The position numbers and the translations under genes are program-made. Shown piece by piece: positions 8,070 through 17,849 of a stretch of DNA of 64,000 bases; the stretch's first letter is position 1, and each line of letters begins with the position of its first letter. The stretch covers positions 872 to 64,871 of the forward strand of contig DATAWD010000051.1 in assembly GCA_036267395.1 (NCBI GenBank). Reading direction: 5' to 3'. The notes beneath the pieces are model-generated. The model did no database searches, was not told the origin of the DNA, and worked only from the letters and a program-made list of their open reading frames with translations. Origin of the DNA: Acidobacteriaceae bacterium (GTDB taxonomy: Bacteria; Acidobacteriota; Terriglobia; Terriglobales; Acidobacteriaceae).

Positions 8070-11000
8070 GCGGCGTCTCCCTCTGCTTCGGCAGCCGGAG
8101 CTTCGGCCTCCGTCTCCTGCGGGCCGTGGGTTGAATCCATCGTGGTCCCTTTGCCGCCGCGGGCGAAGCGGTGGGAGAGGTACTCGACGACGGAGAACGT
8201 TGTGGGGATCATAAGAATGCCGATCGCCGTGGCCAGCGCCATGCCGCCGATCACGACGGTGCCGAGGATGCGGCGCGAAACCGCACCGGCCCCGCTGGCC
8301 GTCCAGAGCGGAATGCAGCCCACGATGAACGCGAGCGCGGTCATGACGATGGGGCGGAATCGCAGGCGAGCCGCGCCCAGTGCCGACTCCGCGATGCTCT
8401 GCCCGGTCTCGTAGTTCTTCACGGCGAATTCCACGATGAGGATGGCGTTTTTCGCCGAAAGGCCAATCAGCATAATGAGGCCGACGGTGGCGAAGATGTC
8501 GTTCTCCAGCGAACGCGCGTTCAGAGCCAGATACGCGCCGAGGATGGCGACCGGGGTGCTGAGCAGAACGCTGAACGGGAGTGTCCAGCTCTCATAGAGC
8601 GCGGCGAGAATGAGAAAGACGAAGAGCAGCGAGAGCGAGAAGACCACCCAGGCCGGCGTGCCTTCCGCGGCGCGCTCCTCCTGGTAGCTCATGCCGGAGT
8701 ACGAATAGCCCATGCCGGGCGGCATGGTCTGGTGGAAGGCCGCCTCCAGCGCGGCGCGGACCTGGCCGGAACTGTAGCCGGGAGCGCCGGTAATATTGAG
8801 CTGCGCCGCGTTGTACTCGTTAAAGCGCAGGATGAACTCCGGGCCGGTGATCTGCCTTACGTGGACCAGCGAACTGAGCGGCACCTGCGATCCGTTGGCA
8901 CTGCGGACATAGAATTCGCCGATGTTCTGAATGTTGCTGCGCGTATCTCCTTCGGCTTCGACATAGGTCTGCCACTGACGGCCGAAGCGGTTGAAGTAGT
9001 TCACCAGATAGCCGCCCATGAAGGTCTGCATAGTGGTGTAGATACTGCTGAGATCCACCTGCTGCTGTTCGGCCTTTTCTCGGTCCACATCGGCATAGAG
9101 CTGCGGCACCGCGGGGAGATACGAGGGTATGGCAGCGGCAATCTCGGGGCGTTTATGCAGCGCGGCCAGATACGCGAACAGATTTTTGGTGAGAAAGGCC
9201 GGATCGTCATTGCCGGAGCGGTCCTGCAGGATCATGGTGACGCCGCCTGAAGTGCCGACGCCCGGAATCTCCGGCGGCGGGAATGAAAAGGCGAGGCCAT
9301 CGCTCACGCCCATGAGTTGATGCTGCACGCTGGCCTGAATGTTCTGGATCTGTTCCTGTTTCGATTTCCGCTTCTCCCACGGCTTGAGCGAGACGAAGAA
9401 GAAGGCCGTGTTCGTGCTCTGCGTCTGGGAGAGAAGATTGAAACCGTCTACGCCCACGACGCCGCCGATACCAGGCGTGTGCAGCAGCGCCGTCGTCACT
9501 TTCTGCACAGCGACGTCGGTTCTCTGCATGGAAGCAGCGTCGGGCAGCTGCAGGGCAACGAAGAGATAGCCCTGGTCTTCCTGGGGAAGAAAGCCACTGG
9601 GCAGATGGCCTCCCATGAACACCGCAACCACCGCAATCGCGGCGAGGGCGAGCATTGTGAACAGCGATTTGTGAATCAGGCGGCCGGAGGCGGAGACGTA
9701 CGCATCGGTTGTGCGACGGAAGAAGGCGTTGAAGCGATTGAAGAAGAACTGCAGCGGGCTGCGTCGCGCCTGGCCGCGGGGCTTCAGCAGCATCGTAGCC
9801 AGAGCTGGACTAAGGGTAAGGGCGTTAAAGGCCGAGATGAGAACGGAAATCGCGATGGTGACTGCGAACTGCTGGTAGAGCCGCCCCGTGATGCCGGGAA
9901 TGAACGCCGTGGGGATGAAGACGGCGGCCAGGATGAGCGCGATGGCCACAACCGGAGAGCCCACCTCCTCCATGGCAAGGATAGTGGCGTCGCGCGGCGT
10001 CATGCCTTCCTCGATGTGGTGTTCGACGGCTTCGACGACAACGATGGCGTCGTCCACAACCAGGCCGATGGCCAGCACGAGACCGAAGAGTGAAAGCGTG
10101 TTGATGGAGAAACCGAGGAGGGGGAAGACGATGAAAGTGCCGATCAGCGAGACCGGCACGGCCATCAGCGGGATCAGCGTCGCGCGCCAGCTCTGCAGGA
10201 ACAGGTAGACCACCAGCACCACCAGCAGCAGTGCGATGCCCAGCGTTAGCACGATATCGTGAATGCCGGCGGTGACGGCTTTGGTGGTATCGAGGGGAAT
10301 GTCGTAGCGCATCCCGGCCGGGAAATTCGCCGACAGTTCGCGGATCCGCTTCGTCACCAGCCGCGCCGTTTCCACGGCATTGGAGCCGGGTAACTGGTAG
10401 ATCGCCATCATGCCGGCGGGCGCGTTGTTATAGCGGGCCGAGAGGCTGTAGCTTTGTGAGCCAAGCTCCACACGGGCAACATCACGCAAATGCAGCACCG
10501 ATCCGTCGGGATTGGCACGAATAATGATGTTGCCGAACTGCTCGGGCGTTACCAGACGGCCCTGCGTACGCACGGTGTACGTGAACTGTTGGCCGGACGG
10601 AATCGGCTCGCCGCCAATCTGGCCGGCCGGGTTCACGTTATTCTGCGTCTGGATGGCGTTGATCACGTCCGTGGCCGTGACTCCGAGCTTGGCCATCAGG
10701 TCGGGATTGACCCAGACGCGCAGCGCATACTGACCGCCGAAGACCTGCACGCGCGACACACCCGGGACGCGCGTCAGTTCGTCCTGCAGATTGATGATGG
10801 CGTAGTTGGTTAGAAATTCCGAGCTGTAGCGGTTATCGGGCGCGGAAACGCCGATCAGCATGAGCGGGGAGGTAAACGACTTGAGTACGGTGACTCCGGC
10901 GGTGTTCACCTGCGCCGGTAGTTGCGACTGCGCCTGCGAGACACGCAGCTGCGACAGAACCTGGTCGGTGTCGGGGTTCGTCTTAACGTCGAAGTCGACG

Positions 11001-11272
11001 TAGACCGTGGACTGCCCGTTGTTGGCGTTGACCGAATACATATACAGCATGTTGTCGACGCCGTTCATCTGCTGCTCCAGCGGTGTAGCCACCGCTTCGG
11101 TCAGCGTTTTCGCATCCGCGCCGGGATAAAGTGCCTGGACCTGAATCTCCGGCGGGACGATATCGGGATACTGCGAGGTTGGCAGCGTCAGCATCGACAC
11201 GGTGCCGACAATCACAGTGAGGATGGCAATTACAATGGCAACGATGGGCCGTCTGATAAAGAACTTCGACAT
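8066..11272 (-). CDS. RND multidrug efflux permease (AcrB/HAE1 type)
   Basis: 1068 aa. N-terminus MSKFFIRRPIVAIVIAIL, 12 TM segments and two large periplasmic loops, colinear with the AcrB family. Confidence 0.97.
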   Translation of the reverse strand: MSKFFIRRPIVAIVIAILTVIVGTVSMLTLPTSQYPDIVPPEIQVQALYPGADAKTLTEAVATPLEQQMNGVDNMLYMYSVNANNGQSTVYVDFDVKTNPDTDQVLSQLRVSQAQSQLPAQVNTAGVTVLKSFTSPLMLIGVSAPDNRYSSEFLTNYAIINLQDELTRVPGVSRVQVFGGQYALRVWVNPDLMAKLGVTATDVINAIQTQNNVNPAGQIGGEPIPSGQQFTYTVRTQGRLVTPEQFGNIIIRANPDGSVLHLRDVARVELGSQSYSLSARYNNAPAGMMAIYQLPGSNAVETARLVTKRIRELSANFPAGMRYDIPLDTTKAVTAGIHDIVLTLGIALLLVVLVVYLFLQSWRATLIPLMAVPVSLIGTFIVFPLLGFSINTLSLFGLVLAIGLVVDDAIVVVEAVEHHIEEGMTPRDATILAMEEVGSPVVAIALILAAVFIPTAFIPGITGRLYQQFAVTIAISVLISAFNALTLSPALATMLLKPRGQARRSPLQFFFNRFNAFFRRTTDAYVSASGRLIHKSLFTMLALAAIAVVAVFMGGHLPSGFLPQEDQGYLFVALQLPDAASMQRTDVAVQKVTTALLHTPGIGGVVGVDGFNLLSQTQSTNTAFFFVSLKPWEKRKSKQEQIQNIQASVQHQLMGVSDGLAFSFPPPEIPGVGTSGGVTMILQDRSGNDDPAFLTKNLFAYLAALHKRPEIAAAIPSYLPAVPQLYADVDREKAEQQQVDLSSIYTTMQTFMGGYLVNYFNRFGRQWQTYVEAEGDTRSNIQNIGEFYVRSANGSQVPLSSLVHVRQITGPEFILRFNEYNAAQLNITGAPGYSSGQVRAALEAAFHQTMPPGMGYSYSGMSYQEERAAEGTPAWVVFSLSLLFVFLILAALYESWTLPFSVLLSTPVAILGAYLALNARSLENDIFATVGLIMLIGLSAKNAILIVEFAVKNYETGQSIAESALGAARLRFRPIVMTALAFIVGCIPLWTASGAGAVSRRILGTVVIGGMALATAIGILMIPTTFSVVEYLSHRFARGGKGTTMDSTHGPQETEAEAPAAEAEGDAA

Positions 11273-11275
11273 GGT

Positions 11276-12529
11276 TCAGCTCCCTGCCACGGGGTTATTG
11301 GCTGGAGGCAACTGAGCCGCATGCGGAGCTACCGGAGCCCCTTCCCTCAGCTTCTGCAGGTTGTCGGTAATCACCCGGGCTCCGGGCTCGAGACCGCTTT
11401 CCACGATCCAGTCGTTTCCGTACTGCGGACCCAGCTTCACATTCACCACGTGGACGCGGTTGCCGGATGTAACCGTGTAAATCTGCTCGATTCCCTGCAA
11501 CTCCTCAACAGCAATCTGGGGGACGAGCAGAGCATTACGGCGCAGCTCCGTTTCCGCCGTCACGCGCCCGAACTGGCCAGGGCGAAGAATGTTGCCAGGA
11601 TTCGGAAACGCAGCAGCGATGCGGATCGCGCCCGTCTGCTGATTCATCTGGCGATCGACGAACACGATGTGGCCCTTGTAGGAATATGGCTCTCCATTGG
11701 AGAGCGTCAGCGTCAGGGGTAGCTTCGATCCGGCGCGGAGAAGATCGCCGCCCGACTGCCTGGCGCGCTCGACGAGTGCCAGGTATTCGCTGTCGCTGAT
11801 CGAGAAATAGACCTTGATGGGATCGAGTTGCGACACGGCGGTGAGAACCGATTGCGGGTTGACAAGATTGCCGACCTGAGTGGTGGCCTGACCGGCAACT
11901 CCGTCGATAAGCGAGCGAACCTCCGTGAAGCCGAGATTCAGTTGCGCGGTTTGGAGGGCGGCTTGGGCTGCGCTTACAGAGGCTTCACCCGCGGCGACCG
12001 AGGCCTCCGCCTGTGCTTCCTGTTGCGTCTCGGTATCCAGCTGGCTCTGGGCGATGGCCCGCACCTGGGCCAGAGGCGTGTCGCGCTTCACGTTGATCCG
12101 GGCAAGCGCCAGTTGGGCCTGGGCCTGGGCCAGCTGCCCTCTGGCCTGCTCTACTTGCGCCTGCGCCTGATCCACGACGGCCTGGAAAGGACGCGGATCG
12201 ATCCGGAAGAGCACCTCGCCCTTCGAGACAGACGACCCTTCGCGGTAATTCTGCTTTACAAGATAGCCGCTGACCTGAGGTTGAATCTGCGCGTTGACGT
12301 ATCCGTCCAGGGTGCCGACCCATGAACCGGTCAGCGGCACGTTGGCCTCTGCGACGCGAACCACCGAGACGGGCATGGGACCCATCGCGAGCCGGGCTGC
12401 GGCGGCTGCGTTGCTGGACTCGCAGCCGCTCAGTAGGGCGGCGGAGATGGCAAGGAACGAAATCGCAGCAATTGCCGCGATGCTGCGACTCTCAGGCTGG
12501 TGCCACCGTGAATTCTGCTCCGCTGTCAT
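11276..12529 (-). CDS. RND efflux periplasmic adaptor (membrane fusion protein)
   Basis: Start moved to ATG 12529 (MTAEQNS..). Lipobox LLSGC, a lipoyl/hairpin block VSGYLVKQNYREGSSVSKGEVLFRIDPRPFQ and a long alpha-hairpin (AQAQVEQARGQLAQAQAQL). Confidence 0.93.
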   Translation of the reverse strand: MTAEQNSRWHQPESRSIAAIAAISFLAISAALLSGCESSNAAAAARLAMGPMPVSVVRVAEANVPLTGSWVGTLDGYVNAQIQPQVSGYLVKQNYREGSSVSKGEVLFRIDPRPFQAVVDQAQAQVEQARGQLAQAQAQLALARINVKRDTPLAQVRAIAQSQLDTETQQEAQAEASVAAGEASVSAAQAALQTAQLNLGFTEVRSLIDGVAGQATTQVGNLVNPQSVLTAVSQLDPIKVYFSISDSEYLALVERARQSGGDLLRAGSKLPLTLTLSNGEPYSYKGHIVFVDRQMNQQTGAIRIAAAFPNPGNILRPGQFGRVTAETELRRNALLVPQIAVEELQGIEQIYTVTSGNRVHVVNVKLGPQYGNDWIVESGLEPGARVITDNLQKLREGAPVAPHAAQLPPANNPVAGS

Positions 12530-12645
12530 GAATCTGTTACTCCTGTGTGAAAGAGTGCACGAAAAACATACACGGATGTATATTGACCTAAGATTCTGAC
12601 GGTCCCCCGCCCGATGCAAAATTCGCACGGAGATCCCACCAGCGC

Positions 12646-13302
12646 ATGATCACGAAACGCTTGACGCCCCCCGGCATCAGACCCAGAGTGAGCATAAACA
12701 GCCGGCAACAACAGGACAGGGCGATTTCCACACGCCGCGATCTGTTGGAGGCGGCCCGCCGCATTTTTGCGCGGGACGGATTCGAGATGGCCCGTCTGCA
12801 GGACATCGCCGCCACTGCCGGCAAGACCCGCGGGGCTTTTTACGCCAATTTCCGTGACAAGGAAGACGTCTTCTTCGCTCTGTTTGAAGAGAATCTGCGC
12901 CGCGAAAAACGCCAGATGGGCGAACAGCTCAGCGAAGCCGGATCAGAGGACGAGCGGATCGAGGTTCTCGCCCGGCACATGCTTTCGGTGATCGGAAACC
13001 GGCGGCGTATGCTGCTGGCGCTGGAGTTCAAGCTCTACGCAATCCGTCATCCGAGGAGAACGAAGCGACTGGCGAATCTGCATGCGGCGTTGTGCCTGAG
13101 CTGTGTCGAAGCGAACGTCGAGAAGCTTATTCCCGGCTTCACCTGCCTCACACGAAAACAAAAGCGCACACAAACCGCCCAGGTGGGGGCGCTCCTCGAC
13201 GGTATCGCTCTCAATCTGATGTTTGATTGTCGTGGGCTGACGGATGATTTGATCCTCCGGCACCTGCGATCGGCGCTGCGGATCGCCCTCCAGCAGGATT
13301 GA
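12646..13302 (+). CDS. TetR/AcrR family transcriptional regulator, divergent from the RND operon
   Basis: 218 aa. N-terminal HTH RRDLLEAARRIFARDGFEMARLQDIAATAGKTRGAFYANFRDKEDVF. Confidence 0.9.
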   Translation: MITKRLTPPGIRPRVSINSRQQQDRAISTRRDLLEAARRIFARDGFEMARLQDIAATAGKTRGAFYANFRDKEDVFFALFEENLRREKRQMGEQLSEAGSEDERIEVLARHMLSVIGNRRRMLLALEFKLYAIRHPRRTKRLANLHAALCLSCVEANVEKLIPGFTCLTRKQKRTQTAQVGALLDGIALNLMFDCRGLTDDLILRHLRSALRIALQQD

Positions 13303-13420
13303 TCCGGCCCCGCCCTGGGCTGTCTCCAAAAGTAGCCTACCATCTGCAGAGAGATTCGCTCTCCTTTGGATCAGCTTCGCGCCGGATTTTCGGAACGGGG
13401 CCTGCGACCGACATGCCGGC

Positions 13421-13744
13421 TCACGTCCCTGTGCCCGCCTCGCTCTCCAGCTTCATTGCCAGCAGGGCCGAGCCAAGGCATTTGCCATGCGCGTCCAGGG
13501 CGAGCGAGCGGGTCACGGCTTGTCCCTCCGGCCGGTGCAGAACGAAATTGAGAGCCGACAGATGCGGGAGGGTATAACGCAGCACGGTCCGATCGACAAT
13601 CGCAGCAAAGTACGCATGCACGCGTTCCGCAGTCACCTGCCGCTCCAGTATCGGAAAGTCTTCGGGGCGCCAGGCGATCAGCGAAATGTTCACGATATCG
13701 CCCTTGTCTCCCGTGCGCGCATGAGCCATTTCTCGCAGCAGCAT
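13421..13744 (-). CDS. AtuA C-terminal (ferredoxin-fold) domain-like small protein
   Basis: 107 aa. LREMAHARTGDKGDIVNISLIAW..ERV..YTLPHLSALNFVLH..SLALDAHGK resembles the C-terminal domain of AtuA-family proteins. Its start lies 1 nt after the stop of the DUF1446-type gene. Confidence 0.7.
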   Translation of the reverse strand: MLLREMAHARTGDKGDIVNISLIAWRPEDFPILERQVTAERVHAYFAAIVDRTVLRYTLPHLSALNFVLHRPEGQAVTRSLALDAHGKCLGSALLAMKLESEAGTGT

Positions 13745-13745
13745 G

Positions 13746-15089
13746 TCAGGACACCTCGTAGTCGACCCGCGGTGCTACTGCGGTGCGGGGCATCAACATG
13801 GGCAGAATGCCAATGGTTTCCTTCACCGACTGCACGACACCACCGCCAGCGGCCGGACCATTGGTATAGAGAGCCTCTACCTCGCGGGGAATGCGCGAAG
13901 CCATCTTCATCGAATCCGCGCGGCCGACGATACGCAGCCGGACTTCGTTAGGGCGAGATGCCGGATCGGCGAAGGAACTGCTGTGGATTGCATTGACGCC
14001 GATAAACTCCATCCGCAGATCACTGAACCGATACTGCCGCAGCCGCTCTGCCACGACATCGCGCGCGAGTTCGGCGCGAGTCAGCGCTCCCGGCCCGGCA
14101 TACGAAATCTGCCCTTCACCGACATACCCATCGTGATAGCCCGCAGAGACCTTCAGAGAATCGGGTCGGGCTCGACCCCTGCCTCCCGAGACGCGAATGC
14201 GATCCGCGCCCGCATCATCGAGCGCAACCTGCGAGAAATCGGCCACCACGTCCGGCGTGAAATACGCAGTCGGATCCTGGATCTCGTAGAGCAACTGCTC
14301 CGTGCAGATCGCCTTTGTGATCTGTCCCCCTGACCCATCAACCTTGGAGATCACCGCGACTCCGTCTTCAGTCACCTCCGCGAGTGGAAAACCCAGGTGC
14401 GCGAGTCCGGGCACCATGCTATAGGGCGGATCGGCGAAATATCCTCCCGTGATCTGTCCCGCACATTCCAGCAAATGCCCGATCACCGTCCCCTGCCCCA
14501 GGAGGTTCCAGTCCTCCATGGACCAGCCGAACTCGTGCACCAGGATGGCAAGGAACAACGAAGAATCGGCGACGCGGCCGGTGAGCACCACGTCGGCTCC
14601 CCCCTCCAGTGCCGATACGACGGCTTCAGCCCCCATATAGACATTCGCAGAAACCAGCTTTCCCGCCGGCAGACCTGCCAGTGCCTCCTGCGAATCCACG
14701 GACCACTCCCTGCGGATGTACGTGAGCACATCGTCACCGGTGACTGCGGCAATACGCATTCCATGGATTCCAAGACGCTGTGCGATCTCCCGGGTCTTCC
14801 GCGCTGCCGCCATCGGATGCGCCGCACCCATATTGCTCACGATGCGGATCTTCTTTTCGGCGCACAACGGCAACACCGCATCCATCCGTTCTTCCAGCAG
14901 TGGATCGTATCCAGCCTCCGGATCGAGCAGCCTCGCCCTCTGCGCCAAAGCGATGGTGCGCTCGGCCAGGCACTCGAAAACCAGGTATCCTATCGAGCCT
15001 CTTTCCGCCAGTTCCGCGGCCGGATCGATGCGATCTCCCGCGTAACCCGCCCCCACGCCAATCCTGATGGTTTTCATCATTGTCTCCAT
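13746..15089 (-). CDS. Acyclic-terpene-utilisation AtuA-family (DUF1446) protein
   Basis: 447 aa. Has IRIGVGAGYAGDRIDPAAELAERGSIGYLVFECLAERTIALAQ, VVLTGRVADSSLF and GHLLECAGQITGGYF, the typical DUF1446 blocks. Confidence 0.85.
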   Translation of the reverse strand: METMMKTIRIGVGAGYAGDRIDPAAELAERGSIGYLVFECLAERTIALAQRARLLDPEAGYDPLLEERMDAVLPLCAEKKIRIVSNMGAAHPMAAARKTREIAQRLGIHGMRIAAVTGDDVLTYIRREWSVDSQEALAGLPAGKLVSANVYMGAEAVVSALEGGADVVLTGRVADSSLFLAILVHEFGWSMEDWNLLGQGTVIGHLLECAGQITGGYFADPPYSMVPGLAHLGFPLAEVTEDGVAVISKVDGSGGQITKAICTEQLLYEIQDPTAYFTPDVVADFSQVALDDAGADRIRVSGGRGRARPDSLKVSAGYHDGYVGEGQISYAGPGALTRAELARDVVAERLRQYRFSDLRMEFIGVNAIHSSSFADPASRPNEVRLRIVGRADSMKMASRIPREVEALYTNGPAAGGGVVQSVKETIGILPMLMPRTAVAPRVDYEVS

Positions 15090-15095
15090 TTGGGA

Positions 15096-16388
15096 TCAAA
15101 GCGGGATGATCCGAAAAACTACCGCAGCGATCGTCATGAACAGCGACGCCGCAAAGAGCCAGGGAATCGCATACCGCTGGTGTTGCGCCAAAGAAATATC
15201 TGCCAGCCCAACCAGCAGAAAGGTCGCCGGTGTGAGCGGGCTTACAGGAAAGCCCGTGGTGTGCATACCCAGCAACGCCGCCCGGGCCACGGCTACCGGC
15301 GCCACACCCGAAGCCGCGCTGGCCTTTGCCAGTACAGGCAGCACTCCAAAATAAAACGAGTCAGGATCGAAGAGCAGGCTCAGGGGCATCGAAACCACAC
15401 CCAGCGCCAGGGGCATCTGCCGCAGCCCATGCTGTGGCAGATGTTGAACCACAGCGCCCGCCATCGCATTCAGCATGCCGGTGCCCCGCAGAATCCCGGT
15501 GAACGCCCCGGCCCCGAACAGAATGCTCGCCATCAAAATGGCCGCTGGTGCGTGCCTGGCAATCTCCGCCTGCTGTGCCTGAATGCTGGGAAAATTCAGC
15601 GTCAGTGCCACGACGGTACCCAGCATAAAGACCACCGCTGGGTCGGCTTTGCCACTCACCATCACACCCAGGACAGCCAGCGTCAGTGCAATGTTCAGAG
15701 CAAAGTGTCGCGGCCACGCATGTCGCTCTGCGGATAAGGAAGGAGCCCCTTCTGACGCAACAGGGCCGGCCTGCGCCGCCAGCCGGCGCTCTTCGCGCAT
15801 GCCCAGCACCAATGCCCCGCCAAACACAAATGCCAGGCCCACGGCCTGAACCCCCAACATCGGCAGAAAAATCTGCGAGACCGGAATGTGCAACGCCGCT
15901 GAAGCTCGTAGTGTCGGCCCGGTCCAGGGAAGGAAGTTCACTCCCGCCGCCATCGCGATCACACATGCCATCACCCGGCGGTCGATGCCCACCTTCTCGT
16001 AGAGAGGCAGCAGCGCCGGGATCGTCACCAGAAAGCAGACCGCGCCGGAGCCGTCCAGATGTACCAGAAGTGCCAACAGTGCCGTCCCGGGCACAATGCG
16101 CGAAGGCCGACTGCCGATGCGCCGCAACAGCCCACGGATGATCGGTTCCAGCACGCGCGCGTCCGTCAACACGCCGAAGAACAGGATGGCAAACACGAAC
16201 ATTCCAATCACGCCCGCAATGCCCTGCATGCCGGCCAGCATGAACTTCCCTGTCCTCAAACCGAAGCCCCCCGCCAGCGCCCCCGCCACCGGGAAGGCAA
16301 TCAGAGCCACAAGGGGCGTGACCCGCTTGCTGAGGATCGCGATCAACAGGCCGAGGACCGTGAGGAAACCCAAAATTGCCAGTAACAT
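15096..16388 (-). CDS. CitMHS-family (citrate/metal-citrate type) transporter
   Basis: 430 aa and polytopic. N-terminus [43 protein letters not shown] is typical of the CitM/CitH family. Confidence 0.88.
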   Translation of the reverse strand: MLLAILGFLTVLGLLIAILSKRVTPLVALIAFPVAGALAGGFGLRTGKFMLAGMQGIAGVIGMFVFAILFFGVLTDARVLEPIIRGLLRRIGSRPSRIVPGTALLALLVHLDGSGAVCFLVTIPALLPLYEKVGIDRRVMACVIAMAAGVNFLPWTGPTLRASAALHIPVSQIFLPMLGVQAVGLAFVFGGALVLGMREERRLAAQAGPVASEGAPSLSAERHAWPRHFALNIALTLAVLGVMVSGKADPAVVFMLGTVVALTLNFPSIQAQQAEIARHAPAAILMASILFGAGAFTGILRGTGMLNAMAGAVVQHLPQHGLRQMPLALGVVSMPLSLLFDPDSFYFGVLPVLAKASAASGVAPVAVARAALLGMHTTGFPVSPLTPATFLLVGLADISLAQHQRYAIPWLFAASLFMTIAAVVFRIIPL

Positions 16389-16444
16389 GTTCAGAAATTT
16401 GCGCCGCCATCGTGGATGGGGAGTCAGTATAAGGGAAGACGATT

Positions 16445-16461
16445 ATGCAGTACAATTGCAT
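16445..16461. promoter_or_regulatory. Candidate LysR-type operator dyad ATGCA-N7-TGCAT
   Basis: Imperfectly extended dyad TTATGCAGTACAATTGCATTAA in the 101-bp divergent region between the CitMHS gene (ATG 16388) and the LysR gene (ATG 16490). Confidence 0.35.
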
Positions 16462-16489
16462 TAACGGATAACAACAATCTAAGAAGCAA

Positions 16490-17383
16490 ATGATTCACGA
16501 CCTCCGGCACATCCGCGCTTTCCTGGCCGCCGCGCGCATCGGCAATTTCACCCGCGCCGCGCTGGAACTGCACATCTCCCAGTCAGCCTTCACGGTCCAG
16601 ATCCGGCAACTCGAAGACGCTCTGGGGGTTACCCTCTTCGATCGCAGCAAGCGCCGCGTCGCCCTCACCTCCGCTGCCCGCGACCTTCTCGTCCCCCTCG
16701 AGCGACTCATCATTGACTCCGAAGCCATCGTCAGCCGTACCCAGCAGCTTGCCGGCCTTCGCCGCGGCATCGTCAACGTCGCCGTTCTGCCCTCTGTCGC
16801 CGCCCAGCTTCTGCCTCAGGTCATCCAGCGATTCGTCCAGATGCACCCCGGCATCGTGGTCCAGATCAACGACGTCGTCGCTGAAAAGCTGATCGAAGCC
16901 GTGAAGAAAGAGCAGGTGGATTTCGGAATCGGCAGCCGCGTCCGTGTCGACCGCGAAATCCGCACCACGCCTCTGCTGGGGGATAGGCTCTGTGCCTTCG
17001 TACCCCGTGCGCACCTGCTCGCCCGCCAGCCCGCCATCGCCCTGAAGGAGCTGATCTCGTTCCCCCTCATTCTCACCGGCAAAGACAGCAGCGTTCGCGA
17101 ACTGCTGGAGCGTGCCCTCCGCCGCGAGCGGCTCCCCCTCACCGTGGCCTACGAGACTAATTACATGTCCACTGCGGTGAGCATGGTGCGCGCCGGTCTT
17201 GGCATCGCTGTTCTTCCCGAATTCGTCGCGGGCTCTGCAGACAGCGGCATTCGCTGCCTGACCATCAACAAGCCCGTCCTGAGCCGCAGAATTGAGATCA
17301 TCCAGAGGAAGGATCGATCGCTGTCTCCTGCAGCAGCGCGCATGGTCGAGGTCCTGCGGGAAGTTGCCGCGAATCCCTCCTGA
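16490..17383 (+). CDS. LysR family transcriptional regulator
   Basis: 297 aa. HTH IRAFLAAARIGNFTRAALELHISQSAFTVQIRQLEDALGVTLFDRSKRRVALT plus a substrate-binding domain. Confidence 0.95.
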   Translation: MIHDLRHIRAFLAAARIGNFTRAALELHISQSAFTVQIRQLEDALGVTLFDRSKRRVALTSAARDLLVPLERLIIDSEAIVSRTQQLAGLRRGIVNVAVLPSVAAQLLPQVIQRFVQMHPGIVVQINDVVAEKLIEAVKKEQVDFGIGSRVRVDREIRTTPLLGDRLCAFVPRAHLLARQPAIALKELISFPLILTGKDSSVRELLERALRRERLPLTVAYETNYMSTAVSMVRAGLGIAVLPEFVAGSADSGIRCLTINKPVLSRRIEIIQRKDRSLSPAAARMVEVLREVAANPS

Positions 17384-17849
17384 ACGTTCGCGATTCAGGC
17401 CTGTCCGTTCAGGTTTCACCGGATATGGAAGGTGCGAAAACTGCGCGCTCCAGGTCGCTGACATTTCTTTTTCCGATCGGTGCGATCTGGATTTCCTCTT
17501 TTGCCAATCAGGGGTTGGACGCCTGGCTTGCAATCGACTCACTACGTCTCTCCCTCGCTTGGATCGGCCTTCCCCGCCACACCGGCCACAGCGGCCAGCA
17601 GCACTTGCGCCCGCCTGCGATCACTTCGTCCCGGCCCGTGACCTTGTACAGCCATCCCTCGCCGCTCAAACTGCCCGGCAATGAACACTTTGTTCGGCAA
17701 TGAACAGAGACACCTTTGGTCCGCATTCGAACCTGCGTCGAATTCGCCCCAAAACTCCCGATTTTCGATGGCTCGAATTTGGGCCGACAGGTGCATCCTG
17801 TCAACAAGAGCTCTCCCGGTATCGAAATAGAGCACTTCCGGAGATCGTC

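Noticed and set aside
12568-12581. Inverted repeat ATACA-N4-TGTAT in the TetR/RND divergent region as a possible TetR operator
   Set aside because: It has only 5-bp arms and no extension, so it is too weak to call without comparative data.
14397-15737. 446-aa ORF antisense to the AtuA-like and CitMHS genes
   Set aside because: It crosses a gene boundary of two supported minus-strand genes and has an Arg/His/Gln-rich composition.
15361-16461. 366-aa same-strand alternative frame over the CitMHS gene (similarly 30094..31167 over the TPR gene)
   Set aside because: The annotated frames carry clear family features. The alternative frames are Arg/Gly-rich with no TM pattern or TPR periodicity.
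17508-17835. PadR-like fragments (EGWLY.., FERRGM..) on the minus strand upstream of the ADOP gene
   Set aside because: Both peptides come from the same nucleotides in two frames and do not extend into a PadR-like alignment. This is a coincidence.
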